Shown: piece by piece, positions 46,788 through 56,788 of the stretch
Numbering within the stretch: position 1 is the stretch's first letter
How the letters are laid out: every line of letters starts with the position of its first letter
NCBI GenBank assembly: GCA_039190745.1
Contig: JBCCXZ010000012.1
Coordinates: forward strand, 1 to 64,000
Direction of reading: 5' to 3'
From: Planctomycetota bacterium
Lineage (GTDB): Bacteria; Planctomycetota; Planctomycetia; Pirellulales; Lacipirellulaceae
Length of the DNA: 64,000 nucleotides
Notes under the pieces: generated by a model
Database searches by the model: none
What the model saw: the letters and a program-made list of their open reading frames with translations, nothing else
What the model was told of the DNA's origin: nothing
Translations under genes and position numbers: made by a program

Positions 46788-48329
46788 TTAGCGCTTCCGG
46801 CGCCGCGAAGCCAAAGCGACCAACCCGCCCGCCAGCATGGCCAGCGAGGCCGGCTCGGGCACGGCGCCAACGGCACTGACCGGCGACGAGCCGGTGCCGA
46901 ACCCGCCGTCCCAGTCGCCGCCAGCGGCAAGGTTCTCGCCGTTCCGCTGGCCCAGCAAAGCGTCGGCCACGTCTACGTCGCCGTCGCCGTCGAAGTCGCC
47001 CGGCACGCCGCCCGCGGCAATCACCTCAACCATGAAGTTGTCGATAATCCAGTCGAACTCATCGAGGTTGCCGATGGTTGCCATCGCAAAGTAGTCCCAG
47101 GAGTCGCTCTCGATGCCGCCGTCCGGATCGTTCGTACCGGCCACGCCAACCGGCTCATAGTCCGAGAGGCTAAACGTCTGAGCGGCAGCGATGTCGGTCA
47201 CCTCGAGCGTCGACAGGATCGTGTCGGCCGTGCCGCCCGAATCCGGGTCGGTAAAACGCTCCAGCGTCAGCGAAAGCGTGTAGGCCTTCTGGTAATCGAG
47301 GTTCACAAAGTTCGGAGTCACCTGGTTGGGCACCGCGACGCTGTCTTGCGGGCCGGTCAGGTACGCGAGGTCCGTCCCCGAACCGACCGAGTTGTCTTCC
47401 TCGACGATGCGGGCATCGGCGCCCCCGGCGAGCGGGCGGAAGAGCGGGTCGGGCTCATCGGGGTCTTCAATGGGCACCCGTGCGTACCAGCCCTTGTCGC
47501 CGTTGCCGCCGGCGCCGGGCAGGTCGCCGCGGAAGTTGCCGCCCTCCGAACCCCAGACGGCCGAAGTAAACGCATCGCCGGCAAAGGGGTTCGCTTGACC
47601 AAGCTGGCCGTCGGAGTCTTCGAACAAACCAAACCGGAGTTCCGAAACTGTCGGGATGTGCTGCAGCGTGTTGCCGTTGAAGTTCGGCGCGCTCATCCAG
47701 ACGCGGTAATCGAAGCTCACGCGGACCTTGTCACCCTCGTTGGGCCCCAGGGAAATCGTCCCCTGGTTGCCGTCGCTGTAGTCGTCGTCAAAGAACGCGG
47801 CGACCGAACTGCCCCGCCCCTTCGACTCATTCGCGAGCGCCAAGCCTGAACCCAGAGCAGCGACCGTGTTCTGCCCCGGGGTGTTCGGGCTGGTAAACCC
47901 GATCGCGGGGTTCGTGTCCGGCAGGGCGTTCACCGAGTCGTCGATGATCCGCGAGTTGGTCTTTGGGTCGTTCGGCGGGGTGGGGCCCGAAGTAAATCCA
48001 CGCGTGAAGTACCAGGGGACGCCCACGTCCGACGCGTCTTCGACCGCCGTGACCTCGTTCACCATCACCCCGTCGGCGAAAATCGTGTCCATCATCGAGC
48101 TCTGCACCGGCTCGTAAGAATCGCCCGGCGTGCCCAGGCCCGCGCTGCTGACATCGACGTCGTACGCCTCGAGCGGAACGCCGTTGTTGTCGAGGTCCGC
48201 GTCGCCGAAGCCGTCGGAAATCACGACCACGGCCGAAGCCTGGCCGCAAGCCATGAAGCCGATCGCCAAAGCAACCGCGGCCAGCGCCAGGTTGCGAGTG
48301 CTCCCCACGGAGCGTTGAACTCTGAACAT
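46788..48329 (-). CDS. PEP-CTERM exported protein of unknown function
   Basis: AAAGGA SD, signal peptide, GDFDGDGDVD repeat, VPEP + TM + RRRKR. Confidence 0.85.
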   Translation of the reverse strand: MFRVQRSVGSTRNLALAAVALAIGFMACGQASAVVVISDGFGDADLDNNGVPLEAYDVDVSSAGLGTPGDSYEPVQSSMMDTIFADGVMVNEVTAVEDASDVGVPWYFTRGFTSGPTPPNDPKTNSRIIDDSVNALPDTNPAIGFTSPNTPGQNTVAALGSGLALANESKGRGSSVAAFFDDDYSDGNQGTISLGPNEGDKVRVSFDYRVWMSAPNFNGNTLQHIPTVSELRFGLFEDSDGQLGQANPFAGDAFTSAVWGSEGGNFRGDLPGAGGNGDKGWYARVPIEDPDEPDPLFRPLAGGADARIVEEDNSVGSGTDLAYLTGPQDSVAVPNQVTPNFVNLDYQKAYTLSLTLERFTDPDSGGTADTILSTLEVTDIAAAQTFSLSDYEPVGVAGTNDPDGGIESDSWDYFAMATIGNLDEFDWIIDNFMVEVIAAGGVPGDFDGDGDVDVADALLGQRNGENLAAGGDWDGGFGTGSSPVSAVGAVPEPASLAMLAGGLVALASRRRKR

Positions 48330-48555
48330 CGTTGACAGTCCTTTCTCAGTGCCCTGCATTGTTGATGAGACAGCAGCGCTGATCGCCGCGCGCCCCCGAC
48401 GTCACGCCCGGGCGGGCATTGCCAGCTGAAGATTTGAGATCGTTGGAGAAGAAACTACCGCGTCTTGAAAAGCCGTCCGTGTCGAGCGGCCGCACCAGTG
48501 AAGACCCTGGATCGCCGCAACGCATTTCATCCTGTCTTGCAGATGTGTATTGGGC

Positions 48556-48585
48556 AATCCAACTATTCCGACATCGAATCCGTTT
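48556..48585 (-). promoter_or_regulatory. candidate XylR-type operator (two 9-mers, 21-bp phase)
   Basis: Plus-strand AATCCAACT (48556) and AATCCGTTT (48577). Confidence 0.45.
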
Positions 48586-48715
48586 TTCCGCATTGCGATC
48601 GGCCCTCGTTCAACTGACCGCTTTCACCAAGGTCATTCGCGGTCCCGCCGGGGTCGACAACGCGACTCCAATCGCAGCTAGGAAGCAGGAGAACTCGGCC
48701 ATGCCGCCAAGCGGT

Positions 48716-49885
48716 TCAATCGATATCGCGGAACTGTTTCCTGTATGCAGTGGCGGTCATGCCCATGTTCTTGCGGAAAACCTCGCAGAAGTACTTCGGC
48801 TCTTTGAACCCAGTCCGCAGGGCAATCCTCGAGATCGGCTGCTCGGTCTCGCACAGCAGGAGCTTCGCCCGCGTCAGCCGCACGCGAGTGATTTCCGCCT
48901 TGATTGTCCGGCCCAGCGTGGTCTTGATCCTTCGTTCGAGCGTACTGGGCGACTTGCGTGCCCGGCCGAGCACGTCCTGCACGAGGATGCCGTCGGTGGC
49001 GTTTTCTCGGATGAAACGGATGGCGGACGCCACGTCCTCGTCGTCCACCGACAGCATGTCGGTCGACTGCCGCGGCGCAACCCCGCGCGGGGGCCCCAAC
49101 AACGTCGGCCCCGGGGGGACTTCCTCTCCGGCCATCATCTGCGAGAGGATCCGCGCCGCCTCGTAACCAACCCGGCTCGGGTTGACGTCGATGCTCGTCA
49201 GCGGCGGCGTGCAGAGGTTGCAGAGGTACGAGTCGTTGTCGACTCCGATAACTGCGACCTCGTCGGGAACCGAGATCCCGGCCCGCCGACAGGCGTCCAA
49301 CACGTTGCGCCCGCGGTCGTCGTGGCACGTCATGACCCCAACCGGTTTGGGCAGACCCGACAGCCACTGAGCAATGCGCTGCTGCTCGGTTTCCCAATCG
49401 GTCGTCCTCACGTTCCGCGATTTACCGAGGTAAACCTCGCACTTCAGCCCGGCCTGCTGGACGCGTTCAACGAAGTAATCGCACCTCAGGTCCTGGTTGG
49501 GGTTCTCTCCGCGCGGAGTGCCGCAGAACGCGAAGTGCGGCAGCGCACAGTCCAGCAGATGATCAAACGCAAGCTTCGAAATGGGGCGATTATCGACGCC
49601 CACAAAAGGCATCTCGAGCCCCGACAGTGCGCCCCGGACATCCACGGCAGGTATGCCGGTGCTTTGGATGATCTCGGCCATCTTGTAGTCGTTGACACGG
49701 GCGAGCAAACCATCGCCCTTCCACGTCTTGATCCAAGACGGCAACGGGTCGTCCAGCCCGTGGGGCTCTAGGAAGATGGACCAGGGACCGTGTTGGCGAT
49801 GGTACCGAGAGACCCCGCGCAACAGGCCACGCGCGTACTCGCGGGAGGTCTCAATAATCAACGCAACTTTGAGCAAGTCTGCCAT
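48716..49885 (-). CDS. XylR-type regulator (LacI-like sensor domain + AraC HTH)
   Basis: VALIIETSREYARGLLRG, VPDEVAVIGVDND, PPLTSID, IALRTGF..YFCEVFRK. Confidence 0.92.
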   Translation of the reverse strand: MADLLKVALIIETSREYARGLLRGVSRYHRQHGPWSIFLEPHGLDDPLPSWIKTWKGDGLLARVNDYKMAEIIQSTGIPAVDVRGALSGLEMPFVGVDNRPISKLAFDHLLDCALPHFAFCGTPRGENPNQDLRCDYFVERVQQAGLKCEVYLGKSRNVRTTDWETEQQRIAQWLSGLPKPVGVMTCHDDRGRNVLDACRRAGISVPDEVAVIGVDNDSYLCNLCTPPLTSIDVNPSRVGYEAARILSQMMAGEEVPPGPTLLGPPRGVAPRQSTDMLSVDDEDVASAIRFIRENATDGILVQDVLGRARKSPSTLERRIKTTLGRTIKAEITRVRLTRAKLLLCETEQPISRIALRTGFKEPKYFCEVFRKNMGMTATAYRKQFRDID

Positions 49886-49955
49886 GGCGGAAGAGGTGTG
49901 CTGACTGCCTAACGAGAAGAGCTCGGCCACTGAAATGTGCGACCGCGGGAACAAG

Positions 49956-50117
49956 ATAATCGGAATCGAATTCCCCCTGAAATCCGATTATAGAGAATAA
50001 GAATCCGATTTTACGTCAAATTAATGACGGCCGTCCGCTTGTGCTTTTCGCTAATCAAGTGTGCATCTGCCATCCGCGGCGACGAGAAAGTGGAATCGGA
50101 ATCCAGCTAATTGGATT
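49956..50117. promoter_or_regulatory. divergent control region with candidate XylR-type operators
   Basis: AATCCGATT at 49981 and 50002 (21-bp phase), inverted ATAATCGGA at 49956, and an opposite-orientation pair AAGTGGAAT (50088) / AATTGGATT (50109). Confidence 0.55.
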
Positions 50118-50258
50118 GCCCGTTGCGAAGCTCCGGAAGACGATGGATACGCGGTCGGGGACCTTCGGGAGCGCCTAACACGTCGCCCGAATGGATGTCT
50201 TTTGGTCCGCACAAGGCGTTCGACGCCGCTCTTCTTTTGGACCTCATCGCTTCGCCTT

Positions 50259-53162
50259 ATGGATCGCCCTAATCTCATGGTTGGGTTGTGTAGGAACCCT
50301 GTCTGGTCCGCCCTTGTGTTGGTGAGTTCGCTAACCACGCCGGCGGTGGCCGTGGAGAGTGCGTGGGTGACCACGGGCGCGACGGGGCGTCTGGTCTACA
50401 CGCCCGACGCAGAGGGCGACCGCGTGCTCGACTTCTCCGACGTGGGCTACATGGGCGTCGGCATAGAGGCCATCCCCAGCACGGTCGCCAACGCCGTGAC
50501 CATCAGCCCGGTTTCGGGAGACGATACCGTCAGCATCCAGACGGCAATCAATCAAGTCTCAGCACTCCCGATCGGCCCCGACGGCTACCGCGGAGCGGTC
50601 CTCTTACAGCCGGGCACCTACGACATCAACACGCAGCTGCGCATCGAGGCCAGCGGCGTCGTGCTCCGTGGCTCGGGGCAGGACCTCGGAGGGAGCATCC
50701 TCAAAGGTCGGAACGCCGGCCCCAACGGAACCAACCAGCGCCAGTTGATTGAAGTCCTTGGCTCCGGCAGCCGCAGCAACATCGGGTCGACGCGGAACCT
50801 CATCGACAAAGTCGTGCCGGTCGGGTCGCGGAGCTTTCGCGTGGATGTCCCGGGCGAGTTCTCCGTAGGCGACACCGTCCGCATCGAGCGGCCCAGCACG
50901 CAGGCCTGGATCAACGCCCTCGGCATGGACAACCCGCCCAACGGCGACCCTCCCTGGCAGCCCGGCACCATGAACGTGCGGTACGACCGCGTCGTAACGC
51001 GCGTGGAGGGCGACCGCGTGTTCGTCGACGCCCCGCTCGCAACCGCGTTCGAGCAGCAGTACGGCGGCGGCACAATCCGCCGCTACAACTGGAATGGAGC
51101 GATCGAGAACGTCGGCATCGAGAACCTGCGCGGCGACTCCGACTTCGATTCCCCGACCGACGAAGACCACGCCTGGGAGTTCATCTCTATCGGAGCCGGC
51201 CAGAACAGCGACCGCGCCCAGAACGTCTGGGTGCGGGACGTCACGGCCCTCCACTTCGGCGACTCCGCCGTCGTCGCCAACCCCAGCGCTAAGTGGGTCA
51301 CGGTCGACAACGCCACCAGCCTCGAGCCGGTAAGCCAGATCACCGGCAGCCGCCGGTACACGTACGACTTGAGCGGAGAACTCGGCTTCGTGACAAATTC
51401 CTCGGCGGACGAGGGCCGCCACGACTTCGTCAACAACAGCACGAGACCGCCCGGGCCGAATGTCTTCCACAACTCGATCGCCACCAACGCCAACAGCGAC
51501 ACAGGCCCCCACCAGCGTTGGGCCAGCGGCACGCTCTTCGACAACATCACGGTCGAGGGCAACGCCATCAACGCACGCAACCGCGGCAGCTTCGGCACCA
51601 CCCACGGCTGGTCGGGAGCCAACATGGTCATCTGGAACTCCACCGCAGACAGCTACCGCGTCCAGAACCCGCCGACGGCCCAGAATTGGCTCGTTGGCTC
51701 TACGGGCACAATCGTGGAGGACACCACGTTCGGCCCGCAGCCCTCCGGGAACTACGACGCGCACAGCACGCCCGTCACGACCGGCGGAACCAACAGCCTC
51801 TACGAAGCACAACGCAACGACGCCCGCGACCTCAGGGTCTTCCGCTGGGTCGGCACAAACGATGATTGGACCGATGCGTCCGGCTGGGATCAGGCCGCTA
51901 CGCCGGGCGTCTACGCGGTCTCCATGAGAGACTACCTCATCGGCGACGTCGACGATTACACCTTCGACGGGCCCGGCAGCGACGACGACCTGTTCGTCGA
52001 CCCCGCCTGGGAGGCGTACATCCTCGGCTCGTCGTCGCATCCCATCGTCGGGCACGACACCGTGACCACGAATCAGAACGTCGCCTTCACCATCCAGACG
52101 CAGGTCGACCCCGGCGAACAAGTCGTCCACGCCACCCTCGCGCTGGCGATGAAGCAGTCCGGCGGCGACGTCGCAAGCGACTTCGTACGCGTGATCGACA
52201 ACTCCCTCTCGAACCGGTTCGACTTCGACGACCTCGGCTGGGACGCCCAGATCAACCCGACCAACACCTTCGTCGGCGTGCTCGACCTCGGCGGATCGCT
52301 CCCGGGCCTCCAGTCCGGCTCGGTCAATGTGCAGGTCAACGACGACACAGCCGTCGAGTGGGCCCTGTACACCGCAACTGTTGCGACGCCCAAGGCAGAC
52401 CCCGACGGAGCCGATGTGTTCCTAGACGCCGGGGGCGTCACGGGGCTGAACGCGGCGTTGCCGGCCATCCAGAGCCTCACAATCGGCGGGGCCGGCGCCG
52501 GCGAGCTCGACATGGGCTTTGCCGGCAGCCTCGAAATCAACGGCGACTTCTCTCAAGCAGCCAACGGCACGCTCGGCGTCGAGCTGCTCACCACGATCCC
52601 GACCGGCTTCAGCTCCATCCAGGTCGACGGGCAGGTTACCCTCGCCGGGGTGCTCGAGGTCTCGCTTGGCGACCTCGGCGGCTCGCCGCTCTCACCCGCC
52701 GCGGGCGACGCCTTCGAGTTGATCACTTCCGACAGCCTCACCGGGCAGTTCGATACGCTCGCCCTGCCCTCATTGGCCGACGGCCTGACCTGGGGCATCG
52801 ACTACGCCAACGACGACGTCACCCTCGGGGTCTTCTACCAGGGAGACTTCGACGAAGACGGCGACGTCGACGCGAACGACCTGGCCCTTTGGCAGGCCGG
52901 CTTCGGGCTCGCCGGCGCCGGTGTCGGTCACTCCGACGGCGACGCCGACGGCGACGGCGACGTCGACCTGGCCGACATCGCCGTGTGGCAGCAACAGTTC
53001 GGCAACGCCGCCGTGGTCGCGGCGTCGTACGCGGTCCCCGAGCCCGCGACGGCCTTAGCCCTTGCCGCTTTCTCTCTGACAATCACCGGCCGCGTGACGC
53101 GGCGACGCCCCCTCACCCCCCACTCGGCCAACACTCGCACAGGACCAGGATGCACGCACTAG
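50259..53162 (+). CDS. exported right-handed beta-helix polysaccharide-active protein with dockerin-like repeats and PEP-CTERM (start 50259 or 50277)
   Basis: Signal peptide, DDTVSIQTAIN...AVLLQPGTY..SGVVLRGSG (pectate-lyase-3-like N-terminus), GPHQRWASG, HGWSGAN, VPEP + TM. Confidence 0.8.
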   Translation: MDRPNLMVGLCRNPVWSALVLVSSLTTPAVAVESAWVTTGATGRLVYTPDAEGDRVLDFSDVGYMGVGIEAIPSTVANAVTISPVSGDDTVSIQTAINQVSALPIGPDGYRGAVLLQPGTYDINTQLRIEASGVVLRGSGQDLGGSILKGRNAGPNGTNQRQLIEVLGSGSRSNIGSTRNLIDKVVPVGSRSFRVDVPGEFSVGDTVRIERPSTQAWINALGMDNPPNGDPPWQPGTMNVRYDRVVTRVEGDRVFVDAPLATAFEQQYGGGTIRRYNWNGAIENVGIENLRGDSDFDSPTDEDHAWEFISIGAGQNSDRAQNVWVRDVTALHFGDSAVVANPSAKWVTVDNATSLEPVSQITGSRRYTYDLSGELGFVTNSSADEGRHDFVNNSTRPPGPNVFHNSIATNANSDTGPHQRWASGTLFDNITVEGNAINARNRGSFGTTHGWSGANMVIWNSTADSYRVQNPPTAQNWLVGSTGTIVEDTTFGPQPSGNYDAHSTPVTTGGTNSLYEAQRNDARDLRVFRWVGTNDDWTDASGWDQAATPGVYAVSMRDYLIGDVDDYTFDGPGSDDDLFVDPAWEAYILGSSSHPIVGHDTVTTNQNVAFTIQTQVDPGEQVVHATLALAMKQSGGDVASDFVRVIDNSLSNRFDFDDLGWDAQINPTNTFVGVLDLGGSLPGLQSGSVNVQVNDDTAVEWALYTATVATPKADPDGADVFLDAGGVTGLNAALPAIQSLTIGGAGAGELDMGFAGSLEINGDFSQAANGTLGVELLTTIPTGFSSIQVDGQVTLAGVLEVSLGDLGGSPLSPAAGDAFELITSDSLTGQFDTLALPSLADGLTWGIDYANDDVTLGVFYQGDFDEDGDVDANDLALWQAGFGLAGAGVGHSDGDADGDGDVDLADIAVWQQQFGNAAVVAASYAVPEPATALALAAFSLTITGRVTRRRPLTPHSANTRTGPGCTH

Positions 53163-54061
53163 ACCGACGCAACTTCCTCCAGCACGCCGCCACCGCGGCC
53201 TCGGTCGGCTTGGCGGGAGGGAAGATCGCCCGCGCCGCCGGGGGACACTCCTCCGGGGGGCACGCAGGCTTCGAGATCTGCGCCTTCGAGAAGTTCCTCC
53301 AAGACCTCAGCTTCGACGAGTTGGCCGACACGATCCAGTCGCTCGGCTTCAGCGGCATCGAAGCCACCGTCCGCAACAAGGGGCACATCCAGCCCGAACG
53401 CGTCGAGGAAGAGCTCCCCAAGATGGTCGAGGCGCTCCAGCAGCGCGGCCTCGAGGTCACGATCATGACCTCCGATGTGCTCAGCCCCGACCAACCGCTC
53501 ACCGAGAAGGTGCTCCGCACCGCTGCTTCGCTCGGCATCAAACGCTACCGGATGGGCTTCTACTTCTACGACCTGAAGAAACCTGTCATGGAGCAGCTCG
53601 ACGCCATCCGCCCCGCGGTCAAAGAGCTCGCTGCGATGAACCGCGAGATCGGCGTCAGCGCCCTCTACCAGAACCACTCCGACGCCAAGTTTGTGGGCGC
53701 AACGCTCTGGGACCTGCACCGGCTGCTCGAGGGCGTTTCCCCAGACGAGATCGCCTGCGCGTTCGACATCCGTCACACAACGATCGAAGCCGGCCTCGCT
53801 TGGCCCATCCTCTACGACATCATGAAGCCGCACATCGGTGCATTGTTCGTGAAAGACTTCCAGTGGAAGGGGAAGAAGGCCCAGCACGTGCCGCTCGGCA
53901 CGGGCCGGGTGAACCCCGACTTCTTCAAGACCGTGCAACAGGACGGCTTCAACAAGCCCATCTCTCTGCACGTGGAGTACCTCAAGAAGGAAGGCACGCA
54001 GGCCAACATCGACGCCCTCCGCAGAGACATGGCCGTGCTCCAAGACTGGCTCAAGGCCTAA
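53150..54061 (+). CDS. Tat-exported sugar-phosphate isomerase/epimerase (xylose-isomerase-like TIM barrel)
   Basis: DRRNFL signal, YQNH, FDIRH, VKDF, VPLGTG, SLHVEY. ATG at 53150 overlaps the upstream gene end. Confidence 0.85.
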   Translation: MHALDRRNFLQHAATAASVGLAGGKIARAAGGHSSGGHAGFEICAFEKFLQDLSFDELADTIQSLGFSGIEATVRNKGHIQPERVEEELPKMVEALQQRGLEVTIMTSDVLSPDQPLTEKVLRTAASLGIKRYRMGFYFYDLKKPVMEQLDAIRPAVKELAAMNREIGVSALYQNHSDAKFVGATLWDLHRLLEGVSPDEIACAFDIRHTTIEAGLAWPILYDIMKPHIGALFVKDFQWKGKKAQHVPLGTGRVNPDFFKTVQQDGFNKPISLHVEYLKKEGTQANIDALRRDMAVLQDWLKA

Positions 54062-54080
54062 GCAAGGAAAGCAACCCAAC

Positions 54081-54833
54081 GTGGATCTCCAAGGCAAGCG
54101 GGCTCTCATCACCGGCGGCACCAAAGGCATCGGCGCCGCCGTCGCGCTCGACCTGGCCAGCGGCGGCGCACAGGTCGCCGTCAACGCCAGGAACCAGGAC
54201 GAGTCGTTCAACGCCCTCAAGGGGCAGATCGAGAAGCTCGGGCAGGCGTGCCACTTCATCCCCGGCGACATGGCCGAGCCCGAGCAGGTCGAGCGGTGTG
54301 TTGCGCAGGCTGCCGAAGCGCTCGGCGGCCTCGATATCGTCATCCACTCCGCGGGGGGCCCTTCCGGCGGCAGCATTGAAAACGTTTCCACCGAGCAGTG
54401 GAACCAGACCTTCGCGGTGCACGTCGACGCCGCGTTCCACCTCTGCCGACACGCATTGCCGCACCTGCGAAAGAACAGCGAGGGGGCCATCCTCCTCATC
54501 TCGTCCGCCGCCGGCATCCGCGGCTGCCCCGGCGCGATCACCTACGGGACCGTAAAGGGAGCCGTGCTGCAGTTCACCAGAGCCCTGGCACGCGACGTGG
54601 CCGACGACAACATCCGTGTAAACTGCGTCGCCCCCGGCATCATCCGCACCCGCTTCCACGACGCGATGAGCGCCGAGCAACAAGAACACAACCTCGCCAA
54701 CCGCATTCCGCTCCACCGAGAGGGGACCGTCGAAGACGTGGCCCAGGTCGTGCGCTTGCTCGTGACCAACGAATTCATGACCGGCGAAACGGTCGTCGTC
54801 GACGGCGGCATGACGATGCAGATCGTGCGGTAG
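54081..54833 (+). CDS. short-chain dehydrogenase/reductase (candidate DEH reductase)
   Basis: TGGTKGIG, SS..YGTVK, IRVNCVAPG, VDGG. Confidence 0.88.
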   Translation: MDLQGKRALITGGTKGIGAAVALDLASGGAQVAVNARNQDESFNALKGQIEKLGQACHFIPGDMAEPEQVERCVAQAAEALGGLDIVIHSAGGPSGGSIENVSTEQWNQTFAVHVDAAFHLCRHALPHLRKNSEGAILLISSAAGIRGCPGAITYGTVKGAVLQFTRALARDVADDNIRVNCVAPGIIRTRFHDAMSAEQQEHNLANRIPLHREGTVEDVAQVVRLLVTNEFMTGETVVVDGGMTMQIVR

Positions 54834-54909
54834 AACGGCTCTTCTTGCTCCTCATCCTTGGCGCCCGCTCCGGCGCAGCTAGCCCCTCCGCCCCTCAGGA
54901 GGCAACGCC

Positions 54910-56613
54910 TTGCCCAATACCGACGAACGGACCGCCGCGGACCGCCAACTCCTCATCGACGCCGGCCAGCGGGGCAGAATCGCCACCCTGGGGGCCTACG
55001 CCAAGCTCTCCGGCCCCGGTTGGCTGCAGAGCGCGCTAACCCTCGGCGGTGGCTCGCTCGGCAGCAGCCTCTACCTGGGCATCCTCGGCGGGACCACGCT
55101 CCTGTGGCTGCAGCCGTTCGCGATGATCCTCGGCGTCATCATGATGAGCGCCATCAGCTACGTCGCCCTCTCCACGGGCCGCCGGCCTTTCCGCGCGATC
55201 AACGAGCATTTCAACCCCGTCCTGGGGTGGTCGTGGCTCGCCGCGACGCTGATCGCCAACATGGTCTGGTCGCTCCCGCAGTACTCGCTCTGCTTCGCGG
55301 TCTGCGAGCAGAACTTCTTCCCCGGCCTGTTTACCGGCGACGGGCCGCTGGCCCCGGGCGAGGCCGGCAGCGACCTCGGCAAGTGGGTCGTCTCGCTCGC
55401 CGTGCTCGCCCTCTGCACCCTCGTCACGTGGAGCTACGGCAGCGGCAGCTGGGGCGTCAAGCTCTACGACCTGATGCTTAAGCTCGTCGTCGCGTTAATC
55501 GTCGCCAGCTTCGTCGGCGTGGTCGTGCGGATGTCGTTCATCTCGCCCGGCATCGACTGGGCCGCCGTCCTCCGCGGCTTCCTGCCCGACCCCAAACAGC
55601 TCTCCGAGCCCGCGGCCAGCTTCGGGCCGCTGCTAGAAACCATCGCCGACCCCGCCGCCCGATCCTACTGGAGCGACCTGATCGTCAGCCAGCAGCGAGA
55701 CGTGATGCTCAGCGCCGGCGCCGCGGCCGTGGGGATCAACATGACCTTCCTGCTGCCCTACGCCCTGCTCTCCCGAGGCTGGGACATAACCTTCCGCGGC
55801 CTCACGATCTTCGACCTCTGCACGGGCACCTTTATCCCCTTCGTGCTCGCCACCTGCTGCATCGTGATCGCTTCCGCCGTGCAGTTCCACGCACAGCTGC
55901 CGACCGGTTTTGAGGTCAGCGGACTGGGCGCCCAGCCGCCGGAGCATTTCGCCGCGGAGTTCGACAAGATGGTGGATGCCCGGGGCGAGGCCCTGGGCCC
56001 GGGCGCCGCCGCCGTCTCGGTGGCAGAGCAGAAGCTCGCCGGCGTGCTCGTGCGCCGCGACACCTTCGACCTGGCTCAGTCGCTCGAGTCGCTGTTCGCC
56101 GACGAGAACGGAGAGGGCGGCGGCTTCTTCGCAAACGTCATCTTCGGCGCCGGCGTGGTCGGCATGACGCTCTCGTCGATCTCGTTGATGATGCTGATCT
56201 CCGGCTTCGTCGTCTGCGAGGTGCTCGACCGCCCCCCCACCGGCTGGGTCTTCCGCCTCGGCTGCATGGTCTCCGCCACCGGCGTCCTCTGGCCGCTGGT
56301 CTGGTCTGGCGGCGCCAAAGCCTACCTGACGATCGTCGCCGGCGTCTTCGGCTCGATGCTCATCCCGATCGCCTACGTCACCTTCCTGGTGATCATGAAC
56401 CAGAAGTCGCTCCTGCAAGACGAGCTGCCCGCCGGCTGGAAACGGGTCGCCTGGAACGTGCTGATGACGATCGCCGCGGTAGCCGCCTCCGCGGCCGGCG
56501 TGTCGGCGGTCATGAAGCGGATGGGCAACGCGGGCCTGGTCGTCGTCGGTTGTTACCTGGCACTCGTCATCGCCGTGCAACTCTCGAAGGAGCGGCGCCC
56601 GGAGTCCGCCTAG
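54910..56613 (+). CDS. NRAMP-like (APC fold) transporter
   Basis: SGPGWLQSALTLGGGS and about 11 TM segments. Lacks the DPGN metal motif of true NRAMPs. Confidence 0.75.
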   Translation: MPNTDERTAADRQLLIDAGQRGRIATLGAYAKLSGPGWLQSALTLGGGSLGSSLYLGILGGTTLLWLQPFAMILGVIMMSAISYVALSTGRRPFRAINEHFNPVLGWSWLAATLIANMVWSLPQYSLCFAVCEQNFFPGLFTGDGPLAPGEAGSDLGKWVVSLAVLALCTLVTWSYGSGSWGVKLYDLMLKLVVALIVASFVGVVVRMSFISPGIDWAAVLRGFLPDPKQLSEPAASFGPLLETIADPAARSYWSDLIVSQQRDVMLSAGAAAVGINMTFLLPYALLSRGWDITFRGLTIFDLCTGTFIPFVLATCCIVIASAVQFHAQLPTGFEVSGLGAQPPEHFAAEFDKMVDARGEALGPGAAAVSVAEQKLAGVLVRRDTFDLAQSLESLFADENGEGGGFFANVIFGAGVVGMTLSSISLMMLISGFVVCEVLDRPPTGWVFRLGCMVSATGVLWPLVWSGGAKAYLTIVAGVFGSMLIPIAYVTFLVIMNQKSLLQDELPAGWKRVAWNVLMTIAAVAASAAGVSAVMKRMGNAGLVVVGCYLALVIAVQLSKERRPESA

Positions 56614-56788
56614 AGGGCCGTCCCGTGGAACCGCCGCCCGGGCGTGCCTTTGTTCCTCTATCTCCCACCAACTGCTACTGCCCGCCCGGAAGCCAATGGT
56701 TCGCCAACTAAAAACAGGCTCTTGAGCAGCCAGAGGGCGGCCGCCCAAGAGCCCGTGCAAGGCTCGTAAGCTTCTCAACCAATCGCCG

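Noticed and set aside
51866..53149. Arg-rich N-terminal extension of the isomerase ORF (731 aa)
   Set aside because: Off-frame read-through of the beta-helix gene. The real start is the ATG at 53150 with a Tat motif.
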